Part shown: piece after piece, positions 19,415 to 29,000 of the stretch
How positions within the stretch are numbered: position 1 is the first letter of the stretch
Layout: every line of letters starts with the position of its first letter
Assembly (NCBI GenBank): GCA_041691575.1
Contig: JBEPUJ010000014.1
Coordinates: 24,238-88,237, forward strand
Origin: Terriglobales bacterium
GTDB taxonomy: Bacteria > Acidobacteriota > Terriglobia > Terriglobales > Acidobacteriaceae
Direction of reading: 5' to 3'
Length of the DNA: 64,000 nt
Made by a program: the position numbers and the translations under genes
Notes under the pieces: generated by a model
Told to the model about the DNA's origin: nothing
Seen by the model: the letters and a program-made list of their open reading frames with translations, nothing else
Databases searched by the model: none

Positions 19415-20977
19415 ATGGAACAAGTTGATTTTCTTGTGGTCGGTGCGGGAATTGCTGGGCTGAGTGCGGCGATTTGCCTGGCGCGGGTGGGCAAGGTGAT
19501 GGTTGTCACCAAGGAAGAGCTGGCTGAGTCGAACACGGCTTATGCGCAGGGCGGCATCGCGGTGGCGATGGGCGGGGATGAAGATGTGGCGCTGCATCTG
19601 GAAGATACGATGAACGCGGGCGATGGGCTGGTGAACCGCGAGGCTGCCGCGGTGCTCGTGGAACAGGGGCCGAGACGGGTGGAGGAGTTGCTGGCGTGGG
19701 GCACGAAGTTTGACCGCGAAGATGGGGAGCTGATGCGAACGCGCGAGGGCGCGCATAGCCTGCCGCGGATACTGCATGCTAACGGAGATGCTACGGGCAA
19801 GGAGATCGCCGTTTCGCTGCTGCGGCATGTGCGGGAGATGGATTCGATTGAGCTGATGGAATGGACGACCGGCGTTGATCTGCTGGTCGAAGATGGCCGC
19901 GTGGCGGGTGCGACGCTGCTGGATGGCGAGGGCGGCGTGCGAGTCGTTCGAGCGAAGGCGGTGCTGCTGGCCAGCGGAGGTGCGGGGCAGGTTTATAGCG
20001 ATACGACCAATCCGGCGGTGGCTACCGGGGATGGGATCGCGATGGCTTACCGGGCGGGAGCCGAGGTGAGCGATATGGAGTTCTACCAGTTTCATCCGAC
20101 CGCGTTCAGTGCGCCGGGGGCTCCCAGGTTTTTGATGAGCGAGGCGCTGCGGGGTGAGGGAGCGTATCTCGTCAATACGAAGGGCGAGCGGTTTATGGAG
20201 CGGTATCATCTTCTGCTGGAACTGGCTCCGAGGGACGTGGTGGCGCGGGCGATTACGCGCGAAGGGATGGACGGCCCGGTGTATCTCGATATGCGCCATG
20301 TGAAGAAGGATTTGCAGGCGCGGTTTCCGGGGATCTCACGATTTTTAGCCGGGCATCAACTGGAGTTGGGCAGGGATTTGATCCCGGTGCGTCCGGCGGC
20401 GCACTACCTGATGGGCGGGGTGCGGACGGATGTGCATGGGCGGACTTCGTTGCCGGGATTGTATGCGGCGGGGGAGGCGGCGTGTACGGGCGTGCATGGA
20501 GCGAACCGGCTGGCCAGCAATTCGCTGCTGGAGGGGCTGGTGTTTGGAGTACTGGCGGCAGAGGCAGTGCTGGCTGATGGCAGAGATCAGGATGGCAGGG
20601 ATCAAGGATTAGGGAAGAGAGATCAGTCGGCGGATGTGGTTGTGCCGGTTGCCGGTGGGGTCACCGGGGAGGCGGCTACAGAGCGATGGATTACGGAGCT
20701 GCGGAATTTGATGTGGAAGGATGCGGGGCTGCTGCGGGATGCCGCGGGGTTGCAGAGGGCGCAGCGGGGGCTGGATGCACTGGCAGTGACGATGCCGCGA
20801 GGGATGTTCCGGCGGGCTCTGGAGGCTCGCAACCTGCATACCGTGGCGGGCATGATCGTGGCTTCGGCGCTGGCGCGAGAGGAGAGCCGGGGAGCGCACT
20901 ATCGCAATGATTTTCCGCAGAGGGATGCGGTGGGGCGGCACTCGGTGATGAAGTCGGGGCAGTTGAAGTTTGTGTAA
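19415..20977 (+). CDS. nadB: L-aspartate oxidase
   Basis: [55 protein letters not shown]. Confidence 0.95.
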   Translation: MEQVDFLVVGAGIAGLSAAICLARVGKVMVVTKEELAESNTAYAQGGIAVAMGGDEDVALHLEDTMNAGDGLVNREAAAVLVEQGPRRVEELLAWGTKFDREDGELMRTREGAHSLPRILHANGDATGKEIAVSLLRHVREMDSIELMEWTTGVDLLVEDGRVAGATLLDGEGGVRVVRAKAVLLASGGAGQVYSDTTNPAVATGDGIAMAYRAGAEVSDMEFYQFHPTAFSAPGAPRFLMSEALRGEGAYLVNTKGERFMERYHLLLELAPRDVVARAITREGMDGPVYLDMRHVKKDLQARFPGISRFLAGHQLELGRDLIPVRPAAHYLMGGVRTDVHGRTSLPGLYAAGEAACTGVHGANRLASNSLLEGLVFGVLAAEAVLADGRDQDGRDQGLGKRDQSADVVVPVAGGVTGEAATERWITELRNLMWKDAGLLRDAAGLQRAQRGLDALAVTMPRGMFRRALEARNLHTVAGMIVASALAREESRGAHYRNDFPQRDAVGRHSVMKSGQLKFV

Positions 20978-21015
20978 AGCTTCGGCGCGGCGCATCGGGA
21001 TGAGACGAAACCTGA

Positions 21016-21094
21016 ATCGACCGCGGATTAAACGGAAAAGTACGGATCAGGCTTTGTCTCTCATCCGTGTTAATCCGTGTAATCCGCGGTCGAT
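21016..21094. repeat. Long inverted repeat between convergent nadB and OMP genes
   Basis: ATCGACCGCGGATTAAACGGA ... TCCGTGTAATCCGCGGTCGAT (20/21 paired). Confidence 0.75.
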
Positions 21095-21117
21095 GTTGTT
21101 TTGCTGGCTGGCGGCTA

Positions 21118-21801
21118 TTAGAAGCGTAGGAAGAAGCCGAATCCGGGTTCGAAGGTTGAGGTGTGGTGCTTGATGGTCAGGTAATTCTGGCCGAAGTCAG
21201 GCGCCAGAAAGAAGACCTGACGGAACTGGCCGCGCAGGCCGAAGTGCGAGGATAAGATCATCTTTTCCGCGCCGATGGAGTAGTAGTAGGCCGCGCGCGC
21301 CTGGGTTTGCAGTGACTGGCCGCCAAAGGGAGTTGGGCGAAAGGCAAGGGTGCCAAGTCCAGCCGCGACGAACGGCTGTACGCCGAGCAAAGTCGGCGTA
21401 TGCGCGACGTATCCCAGGGTGTACTCCGCGACATTGGTCTGAACGCCGCCGGTTGGGGAGCTTCCGGGCAACGGAGAACCGAACGGGGTGAACTTCTCTG
21501 TGTAGCGGGCATAGCCGTAGTTGCCTTCAAACCCGATCAGTGGGGACTTGATATAGCGGAGGGTGACCAGCGCGCCGAGAGTATTGCCGGTATCCAGGGT
21601 TACGGTGGTGGGCTGTGCGTTGATGTTGACGACGCCCTTGCCGCTGCTGTTGAATTGGCCCACTCCGCTGACGCCGAAGTCGATGCGGGAGAGTTGTTTG
21701 GCAAGTGCGGGGGACTGTGCCGTTGCGGATGGTCCTGCGAGCGTGGCGAGCAGGAAAATCGGAAGACTCCAGACACAGGACAGGCGGGACACATTCAACA
21801 T
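21118..21801 (-). CDS. Outer-membrane beta-barrel protein
   Basis: Signal peptide, alternating beta strands, C-terminal GFGFFLRF. Confidence 0.75.
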   Translation of the reverse strand: MLNVSRLSCVWSLPIFLLATLAGPSATAQSPALAKQLSRIDFGVSGVGQFNSSGKGVVNINAQPTTVTLDTGNTLGALVTLRYIKSPLIGFEGNYGYARYTEKFTPFGSPLPGSSPTGGVQTNVAEYTLGYVAHTPTLLGVQPFVAAGLGTLAFRPTPFGGQSLQTQARAAYYYSIGAEKMILSSHFGLRGQFRQVFFLAPDFGQNYLTIKHHTSTFEPGFGFFLRF

Positions 21802-21883
21802 CGAGACGAGACTCCCTTGGGCGGTACGTTTGGATAGAACTGACGCTGCTTTCAGTTTACCCCGGTTGGCGGGGGGATGCCCC

Positions 21884-23221
21884 TCAGGAGGGGACGGAAT
21901 CTTCGGCGGGCTCGACGACGAGCGTGAGTCCTTCGATGCTGCGCACGAGCACGTGAGCGCCTTTGGGGAGGTGGGCCGAACCTTGCAGGGAAGCCTGCCA
22001 GAGCTCTCCGCGGATCGATACCTGGCCGTTAGGGGATAGCGGTGTCTGCGCGATGGCGACAGCGCCGAGCATGGCCTGGGGGCCGGTAAGGACTTTGCCG
22101 CGACGGGCGCGGAGAGCGATCCAGGCGAGGCCGAAGGAGATGGCTCCGAAGCCGATGCCTGCGCCGAGAGCGGTGCCGGTGTGGACCTGCATCTCGGGGA
22201 TGGGGCCGTTGACGAGCGTGGCGAGTCCGAAGACCAGCGAAATGGTGCCGGTGAGCGCGAGGATGCCGTGGCTGGCGAACTTGGTTTCGAGCACCATCAG
22301 CACGACGGCGGCAATCAGCAGAAGGATCGCCGTGTGCCGAATGGGTAGGAGATTCAGGCCGAAGAGGCTGAGCAGGACGAAGAGCGTTCCGAGCGAGCCG
22401 GGGATGATGGTTCCGGGCACATTGAATTCGAGATAGATGAGCAGGCCGCCGAGCACGAGCATAAGCACGGCGAGGTTGGGATCGGTCAGCCGGGTGAGGA
22501 GGCGTTCGCGCAGGGACGGCGGGACGGGAGTGACTTTGGCATTGTGCAGGTTCAGGGTCACGGTGCTGCCGTCGAAGCGCTTGATCTGGCGGCCATCGAG
22601 GGTGGAGAGCAGCGCTTGATCGTTGGGGGCGATGAGGTCGATCAGCTTGAGATTGAGGGCTTCCTCGTCGCTGTAGGACTTGGAGTTGCGGACGGCGTCT
22701 TCTGCCGCCTGCACATTGCGTCCCCGGCGGGAGACATAGGAACGCAGGAAGGCTGCGGCGTCGTTCTCGATCTTTTCCTTGAGAACAGCGTCGGGCTGGC
22801 GGCCTTCGGCGACGGGGTGAGAGGCTCCGGCGTTGGTTCCGGGAGCCATGACGGCGACGTCTGCCGCTTCGAGCAGGAAGAATCCGGCTGACCCGGCGCG
22901 GCTGCCCGTGGGGGAGATGTAGATGATTACGGGGACCGGCGAGTTCTCGATGGCTTCGACCATGACGCGGGTCGATTCGAGCAGGCCGCCCGGTGTGCCG
23001 AGGGAGATGAGGACTGCGCTGGCGTGGAGGCGTGCTGCTTCATTGAGGCCGCGTTGCAGATAGTCGGCGGTGATGGGCTGGATGGTGTCGTGGATGGTGA
23101 GTTTGACCACGACGTTATTGACAACGGTGTTGGACTTTGCGGCGTCAGCGAAGGAGGCTGTGGGTGCGAGACAGGCGAGCGCGATGAAAAAGAGAAAGAG
23201 GAATTTTATAGAGGTCTTCAT
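21884..23221 (-). CDS. nfeD: NfeD long form (ClpP-class membrane protease)
   Basis: TPGGL, RAGSAGFF (Ser), EKIEND (Lys), TM region, C-terminal OB domain (GELWQA). Confidence 0.9.
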   Translation of the reverse strand: MKTSIKFLFLFFIALACLAPTASFADAAKSNTVVNNVVVKLTIHDTIQPITADYLQRGLNEAARLHASAVLISLGTPGGLLESTRVMVEAIENSPVPVIIYISPTGSRAGSAGFFLLEAADVAVMAPGTNAGASHPVAEGRQPDAVLKEKIENDAAAFLRSYVSRRGRNVQAAEDAVRNSKSYSDEEALNLKLIDLIAPNDQALLSTLDGRQIKRFDGSTVTLNLHNAKVTPVPPSLRERLLTRLTDPNLAVLMLVLGGLLIYLEFNVPGTIIPGSLGTLFVLLSLFGLNLLPIRHTAILLLIAAVVLMVLETKFASHGILALTGTISLVFGLATLVNGPIPEMQVHTGTALGAGIGFGAISFGLAWIALRARRGKVLTGPQAMLGAVAIAQTPLSPNGQVSIRGELWQASLQGSAHLPKGAHVLVRSIEGLTLVVEPAEDSVPS

Positions 23222-24927
23222 GGGAGACGCTGTCCGCGGGCCAGCAGGGCCTGCTTCATGGCGAGTGCCGCCGGATTTTTAGGGTCGAGCTTGAGGGCAT
23301 TGCTGACATCGGTGGCGGAGGCGGCCAACTGCTTGGCCTGAAGTTCAATCCGGGCGAGAACAAGGTAGGCGTCGACGGTGGGGCGCAGCTTGAGGGACGT
23401 CTCGGCCTCGTTGCGGGCGGCGTCGGTGTCTCCGGTGTGCGCGCGTACCTGGGCCAGACCGGTGTGGGCTTCGGCGCTGGAGGGATCGGCGGTGATGGCG
23501 GCCTGAAACTCCTGCTCGGCTTCGGGAATGAGGCCCTGGGTGAGGTAGTCCTTGCCTGATTGGGTGTACTCGGTGGCCTGCTGGGCAGGTGGCAGATGAG
23601 CGAGGCGCATGGCGCGCATCTGGTCGAGCTGGAAGGCTGCCTGCCGGAAGGAGGCCTCGGAGTAGGTTCTGCGGATGCGCTCAAGCGGATCGAAGTCGGA
23701 GTTGCCGGAGGAGGCTGGCGCGGCTTTTGCGGTTGGCTTTGTGGTGGCGGGCTTTGGGGATGGCGAAGAGGTTTCGAGGCGGCGGCCGGAGCTGATTCGA
23801 GCCTTCAGCAGGGCGGCTTCGGGATCGGCAGGCCTGAGCTTCAGGGTGAGGTCGACCTCCTGCTGCGCTGCGGCGAAGTCGCCTTGGCGTAGCTGGGCAA
23901 CGGCGAGGTTGTAGTGGTAGTCCGCGTCGCTGGGATCGGCGGTGGAGGCGCGCTGAAACAGGGGAATGGCGTTGCGGCCCTGGCGGCTGGCGGCGACGCC
24001 CTGGTTATTGACCACCTCGGGGAGAGGGAGACGACTGGCGACGAAGGTAAAGGCAGCTTCCGCCTCGGCATATCTTCCGGAGTTGAACCGGGCGAGGCCG
24101 AGGTAAAAACCAGCCTCGAGCGCACGGCGGTCGCTGCGCGGAACTTTGGCGAGAGTTACGGCGGCGTGATCGAAGTCTCCCTGCGCGAACTGGACCTTGC
24201 CGAGCGCGAGCAGAGCGGCAGGATAGTTGGGCGTGATGGCGATTGCCATCTGGAGGCGCTTGATCTGCTCCTGCGGAGACGATGCGCCGACGCCGCGAAT
24301 GTAGTTCTCGAAGGCGCTGAGGGGAACGCCTCCCGCAGCGGAGAGAAAGGTCTGCTGGGCGACGTTGAAGTGAGGATCGATCTGGCGCGCAACCTTCCAG
24401 GCGATGGCGTTTTCTACATCGAAGAGGCGGGGAAGATCGCTTGAGTCGTCGAGCGGTTGAGAGAGTCGCAGCTTGTCGACGTTGAGAATCTGCGCGTGGA
24501 CGGCGATGCGTCCATTGCTGACGGTGTAGCTGCCCACGACGACGAAGTTGGCGTCGAGGGTCTGGGCGATGCGGATCGTGGTGGCGCGGGTGGGCTTGAA
24601 GTCCACGGGGAGACCGAGGTGGTCGAGCGCGAACTGACGGTCGTCATTGGAGATGGTGAGAAAGCCGGCGGAGGTCAGGCGCTGGTTGAGGGTGTCGGGG
24701 AAGGAGTCGCCGATCCAGTCGAGGGTGGGCTGGCCGGAGCGGTTGTCGAAGGGGAGGACGAGAACGACACGTCCGATGACCTCAGCTGGGGCGGCGTCGG
24801 GCGTGGCTGAGGGAGCGGCGGCTGCGGTTTGTGCGAGGCCGGAGGTGGCTGACAGGCAGCACAGAATGAGCGCCAGAGGCAGCCAGTTTTTTCGAAGGAG
24901 CGAGGTCAGTTTGAACGGTCTCAGCAC
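23218..24927 (-). CDS. Exported TPR protein with TolB-like N-terminal domain
   Basis: Signal peptide, VLVLPFDNRSG...LDWIG, multiple TPRs; ATGA overlap with nfeD. Confidence 0.75.
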   Translation of the reverse strand: MLRPFKLTSLLRKNWLPLALILCCLSATSGLAQTAAAAPSATPDAAPAEVIGRVVLVLPFDNRSGQPTLDWIGDSFPDTLNQRLTSAGFLTISNDDRQFALDHLGLPVDFKPTRATTIRIAQTLDANFVVVGSYTVSNGRIAVHAQILNVDKLRLSQPLDDSSDLPRLFDVENAIAWKVARQIDPHFNVAQQTFLSAAGGVPLSAFENYIRGVGASSPQEQIKRLQMAIAITPNYPAALLALGKVQFAQGDFDHAAVTLAKVPRSDRRALEAGFYLGLARFNSGRYAEAEAAFTFVASRLPLPEVVNNQGVAASRQGRNAIPLFQRASTADPSDADYHYNLAVAQLRQGDFAAAQQEVDLTLKLRPADPEAALLKARISSGRRLETSSPSPKPATTKPTAKAAPASSGNSDFDPLERIRRTYSEASFRQAAFQLDQMRAMRLAHLPPAQQATEYTQSGKDYLTQGLIPEAEQEFQAAITADPSSAEAHTGLAQVRAHTGDTDAARNEAETSLKLRPTVDAYLVLARIELQAKQLAASATDVSNALKLDPKNPAALAMKQALLARGQRLP

Positions 24928-24945
24928 AGCTACGAGTATAGAGGG

Positions 24946-26550
24946 TCAACGCGAAGGGGGGAGCGTGAGCGAGGCATTGACGGCGCGGGGAAAGCGAAGG
25001 ACGGCGACCCACTCGCCTTTGCGGTGCGCCTCGAAGACAATCTCTCCGTGCAGCAGGGCAGCAGCTTGCGCGGGGCGGAGGTCGCGATGGAAGTCGAAGA
25101 AGCGCGTGTCGGCGGATACGTTTCGCTTGCCGAGATTGATGGCGCCGGGTGGTGGCTCCCACTTGGTGGAGAAGAGCAGCGCGGTGTCGTAGACGCCGGG
25201 ATCGGCGGCGGCCTGTTGCATCTGCTGGAGAGAGAAGTCGTGAATGGCTGCGACCTTGATGGGGTGTAGGGTGTAGCCGATCTCGGGCCGGGAGAGTTCG
25301 GAGGTGGCCGGCCATGCGGTGAGCACGGTCGCCTGCGGGTAGCGCTGTTCGATGAGATGAACGGCCTGCTGGTGCAGGACGATCATGTCGCGATAGGTGA
25401 GGTTGTCTTCCGGCGCGAAGGCGTAGGGAGGATTGATCCAGATGGCGGAGAGAAAGGCGGCGGCGCTGAGCGCGGCGATGAGCCACCAGCGGCGGAGATG
25501 CCTGCGCCATATCGACACGCAGAGGAGCAGGATCAACGGATACATGGGCAGCAGATAGCGGGTGAGGAGCGCTCCGCCGAGGATGGAGAAGGCGATCCAG
25601 TTGGCCACGAGGATGACGGCGATGGCCTTGAGCGCGGGTTTACGAATATTTTGGGGTGCGTCGGGTGAGGTGACAGGGATCAGAAAGAGGGCGATGGTCG
25701 CGACGACGGGGACGAACAGGTTCATGTGCGTCGTCAGATGAAGGAAGCGGTGCCAGAGGCAGAGCGCGATGCGGTAGGCGCTGAGGTTTGCGGTGGCGTT
25801 GTAGCGGAGATACTCGGGGTTGCCGAAGATGAAGCCGGTGCGGTGATAGTGGAAGGCGTACCAGGCTGCGAGAGGAAGGATGGGGAAGAGGAGCGCGGCG
25901 ATCCAGCTCAGGGTTTGCGACCTGCGGCGGTTCTGGAGAAAGAGGAGTGCCTCCCATAAGGCAAGGGCCGCAGGGGTGATGACTGCGGTCTCTTTCGACA
26001 GCGCGGAGAGGGAAAACAGGATGGCCGCGAAGAGTTGGTTCTTCGTGGTGGTCTGATTGGCTTCGTCGCGGTCGAAGTAGAAGGCCAGTCCCCACAGGGT
26101 GAAGGCAGCGGCGAAGATGTCGGCGTGGGCGAGCGTGCTTTGCGCGAACCAGATGGGGTAGATGGCCGTAAGGGAGGTGACGACGGCTGCTGCCGTGGCT
26201 CCCGCGAGGGTTCTTGCGAGTTTGTAGACGCCGAGCAGGGCAGAGGCGCTGACGATGCAGACCAGAGTGCGGGTGCCGCTGATGACGTATCCGGAGAGGT
26301 GCCACCAGCCTGCGAGCAGGATGGACGGAAGCGGCGGATGGGCGTTGGTGGCGGTGGTGATCGGGATAAGACTGCCGGTGCGGAAGAAGTCCCACGCGGC
26401 AGGAATATAGTAGCCGCCTTCGTCCCAGAAATAAGGGAGGCGGAGGAGGTTGAGGTGAGAGAGATAGATGACAACGAAGAAGAGCGGGAAGAGCATCCAG
26501 AGAGGGATGTCGCCGGACGCGGAATTTTTATTTCCTACAGGGGCGCGCAC
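24946..26550 (-). CDS. GT39/ArnT-like membrane glycosyltransferase
   Basis: LPYFWDEGGYY, AHPPL, LSKETAV, TRYLLP; start uncertain (26550 GTG to 26610). Confidence 0.7.
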   Translation of the reverse strand: MRAPVGNKNSASGDIPLWMLFPLFFVVIYLSHLNLLRLPYFWDEGGYYIPAAWDFFRTGSLIPITTATNAHPPLPSILLAGWWHLSGYVISGTRTLVCIVSASALLGVYKLARTLAGATAAAVVTSLTAIYPIWFAQSTLAHADIFAAAFTLWGLAFYFDRDEANQTTTKNQLFAAILFSLSALSKETAVITPAALALWEALLFLQNRRRSQTLSWIAALLFPILPLAAWYAFHYHRTGFIFGNPEYLRYNATANLSAYRIALCLWHRFLHLTTHMNLFVPVVATIALFLIPVTSPDAPQNIRKPALKAIAVILVANWIAFSILGGALLTRYLLPMYPLILLLCVSIWRRHLRRWWLIAALSAAAFLSAIWINPPYAFAPEDNLTYRDMIVLHQQAVHLIEQRYPQATVLTAWPATSELSRPEIGYTLHPIKVAAIHDFSLQQMQQAAADPGVYDTALLFSTKWEPPPGAINLGKRNVSADTRFFDFHRDLRPAQAAALLHGEIVFEAHRKGEWVAVLRFPRAVNASLTLPPSR

Positions 26551-26554
26551 GCTC

Positions 26555-26866
26555 TTAGTGGACGGGGCCATTGGGCTGCGCGGGAACCTGTTCCAGCGTG
26601 ATCTGGCCAAAGGCCTGCTCGTACTGGGCGAGGTTGTGGCCCAGCACGTTCCAGAGGGCCTTGGCCTGTTGCGGGCTGAGGTAGATGCCCTCGAAGTTTT
26701 TGACGTGAAGCTCTTCAGGGCTGCTCTGGGTCATGGTACCGAAGACGAGAAAGAAGTCCCATACGCTCATGCGCACCTGAACGCTGTTGGCGTAGTCCTC
26801 ACGGTAGTTCTCGGTCGTGGTGAGCTTGAGTGCGGGTTGATCGGCGGGCTGATTGGGCTGGCTCAT
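26555..26866 (-). CDS. DUF3467 family protein
   Basis: YANSVQVRMSVWDFFLVFG...SPQQAKAL; start MSQPNQP lies downstream of the tRNA. Confidence 0.75.
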   Translation of the reverse strand: MSQPNQPADQPALKLTTTENYREDYANSVQVRMSVWDFFLVFGTMTQSSPEELHVKNFEGIYLSPQQAKALWNVLGHNLAQYEQAFGQITLEQVPAQPNGPVH

Positions 26867-26913
26867 TTGAATCGCTTTCGGAAGATACCTGCGGATAATG
26901 GATGATAAAGAGT

Positions 26914-26998
26914 TGGTGCGAAAGGGGGGACTTGAACCCCCACGGATTGCTCCGCCAGATCCTAAGTCTGGTGCGTCTGCCAATTTCGCCACTTTCGC
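26914..26998 (-). tRNA. tRNA-Leu(TAG)
   Basis: GCGAAAGTGGCGAAATTGGCAGACGCACCAGACTTAGGATCTGG...GGTTCAAGTCCCCCCTTTCGCACCA: anticodon TAG, long variable arm, encoded CCA. Confidence 0.97.
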
Positions 26999-27328
26999 GT
27001 AACTATCATCTTAACACTGAATTTCGATATTTCGATGAGAACCGCGCTTTTGGAGACGCGGGTCTTTTATATAACGATTGCATGCTGAACGTATGGGTGA
27101 GTGGAACTCAGGAAAAGCTGATTCCAGAGACTATGATGGACACCTTGCGTCAGGAAGACGGAATCTGCCGGCAACTTTGCCATGCATAGTATGGAAAGTT
27201 CACGGCAGGATGTTGAGAGTCATTTACCTATTTATTTAGAAGCTGAAATTGCGAGTGAATCCAGCCCAACTGCGCCTCAAGGAAGACCGGTTCGACCTGA
27301 ATTTCGACTTGGATCAAGAATCGAGGAT

Positions 27329-28966
27329 ATGTTGACCATTTCTGTTAGAGGAACGCTTCTGGCGATTGCCTTGATTGGCCAGGGGATTGCGATGGCCGCT
27401 GGTAAAGATGCTGAACCTACAGCCACGCCCATCAAACATGTCGTCGTGATCTTCGGCGAGAACATCTCGTTCGATCACTATTTCGGGACTTATCCCAATG
27501 CATTGAATTCAACGGGCGAACCCGCATTTCACGCAAAGCCGGATACGCCCACCATTAATGGATTGAACTCGACGCTGTTGGAACACAATCCGAATTTTCT
27601 GAATCGCGAGGCGAATGGGAAGGACGCGGTCAACCCCTTCCGGCTGTCGCGGGCGCAGGCGGCAACAGCGGATGAAAACCACGACTATACGGCGGAGCAG
27701 CGTGCCTTTCATGCAGGGCTGCTGGACTCGTTTCCGAAGTACACCGGGGTGTTGGGGTCGCCAAAGGTGAAGCAGCGGCTGGGTAACGAAAGTGCGGACG
27801 CCTCCGACCTGTACGCGCACCAGGCCAAGGGGCTGGTGATGGGCTATTTCGACGGCAATACCGTGACTGCGATGTGGAACTATGCGCAGCGGTACGCGCT
27901 GAATGACAACTCGTACGGTTCGACGTTTGGGCCTTCGACGCCTGGGGCAATCGAGCTGATCTCGGGTCAGACCAACGGCATCAGCGACAAGGTGAACGCC
28001 GGAAACACGGTTATCGAGGGCGGCGATGGCACTTATACGATGATTGGAGACCCTGAGCCGATCGGCGATGTCTGTTCTCCGACTTCGGGAGCGCTGGCGA
28101 GCTTAGGCGGCAATAACATTGGGAAGATGCTCTCAAAGAGCAATGTGACGTGGGGATGGTTCGAGGGCGGGTTCGACCTGACGAAGACGAACCCCAATGG
28201 GACGACGGGATGCCTGCGCAGCACCTATTCGAAGATCGTCCGGCTGACGGTCCATGATTACAGCCCGCATCACCAGCCTTTCCAGTATTACGAGGAGACG
28301 GCAAACCCGAAGCATGTGCGGCCTACATCCATCAAGATGATTGGCCGCGACGGTGATGCGGCGAATCACCAGTACGACACGGACGATTTTTTTGACGCAG
28401 TAAAGGCCGGGAACTTTCCGGCAGTCAGCTTCCTTAAAGCTCCCTCGTATCAGGATGCCCATGCCGGGAACTCCAATCCGCTGGACGAGCAGACATTTGT
28501 TGTTCAGGTGATTAATTTTCTGCAGAAGCAGCCGGACTGGAAAAGCACTGCTGTCATTCTGGCGTATGACGACTCGGATGGCTGGTACGACCATCAGATG
28601 GGTCCCATCGTGAATCAATCGACGACGAAGGCTGATGCGCTGACCGGACCGGGAAAGTGCGGCGATGGCTCGACTGCATTGCCGGGGCCGAAGACTGCTC
28701 ATGCACAGGGGCGATGCGGTTATGGGCCGCGATTGCCGCTGCTGGTGATCTCCCCTTATGCGCGGCAAAACTTCGTGGACCACTCCTTGACCGACCAGAC
28801 TTCGGTGCTCCGATTTATCGAGGACAACTGGCTTGGCGGCGAGCGTGTGGGCGGCGGCTCCTTCGATGCCATCGCCGGGTCGATCAATGGGATGTTCGAC
28901 TTCAAGCATTCCAATTCGCGGCCTTACATCCTGAACGAGTCTACCGGGCTGGTGGCGAAGCAGTGA
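27329..28966 (+). CDS. Exported phosphoesterase (phospholipase C / AcpA acid phosphatase family)
   Basis: HVVVIFGENISFDHYFGTYP, YDDSDGWYDH, GPRLPLLVISPYA, DQTSVLRFIE; signal peptide after ATG 27329. Confidence 0.85.
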   Translation: MLTISVRGTLLAIALIGQGIAMAAGKDAEPTATPIKHVVVIFGENISFDHYFGTYPNALNSTGEPAFHAKPDTPTINGLNSTLLEHNPNFLNREANGKDAVNPFRLSRAQAATADENHDYTAEQRAFHAGLLDSFPKYTGVLGSPKVKQRLGNESADASDLYAHQAKGLVMGYFDGNTVTAMWNYAQRYALNDNSYGSTFGPSTPGAIELISGQTNGISDKVNAGNTVIEGGDGTYTMIGDPEPIGDVCSPTSGALASLGGNNIGKMLSKSNVTWGWFEGGFDLTKTNPNGTTGCLRSTYSKIVRLTVHDYSPHHQPFQYYEETANPKHVRPTSIKMIGRDGDAANHQYDTDDFFDAVKAGNFPAVSFLKAPSYQDAHAGNSNPLDEQTFVVQVINFLQKQPDWKSTAVILAYDDSDGWYDHQMGPIVNQSTTKADALTGPGKCGDGSTALPGPKTAHAQGRCGYGPRLPLLVISPYARQNFVDHSLTDQTSVLRFIEDNWLGGERVGGGSFDAIAGSINGMFDFKHSNSRPYILNESTGLVAKQ

Positions 28967-29000
28967 TCGGGTACGCAGAGAGAGCGAACCTGAAAAAGGA

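Noticed and set aside
26867-26992. N-terminal extension of ORF 26555-26992
   Set aside because: It is the tRNA-Leu read as protein
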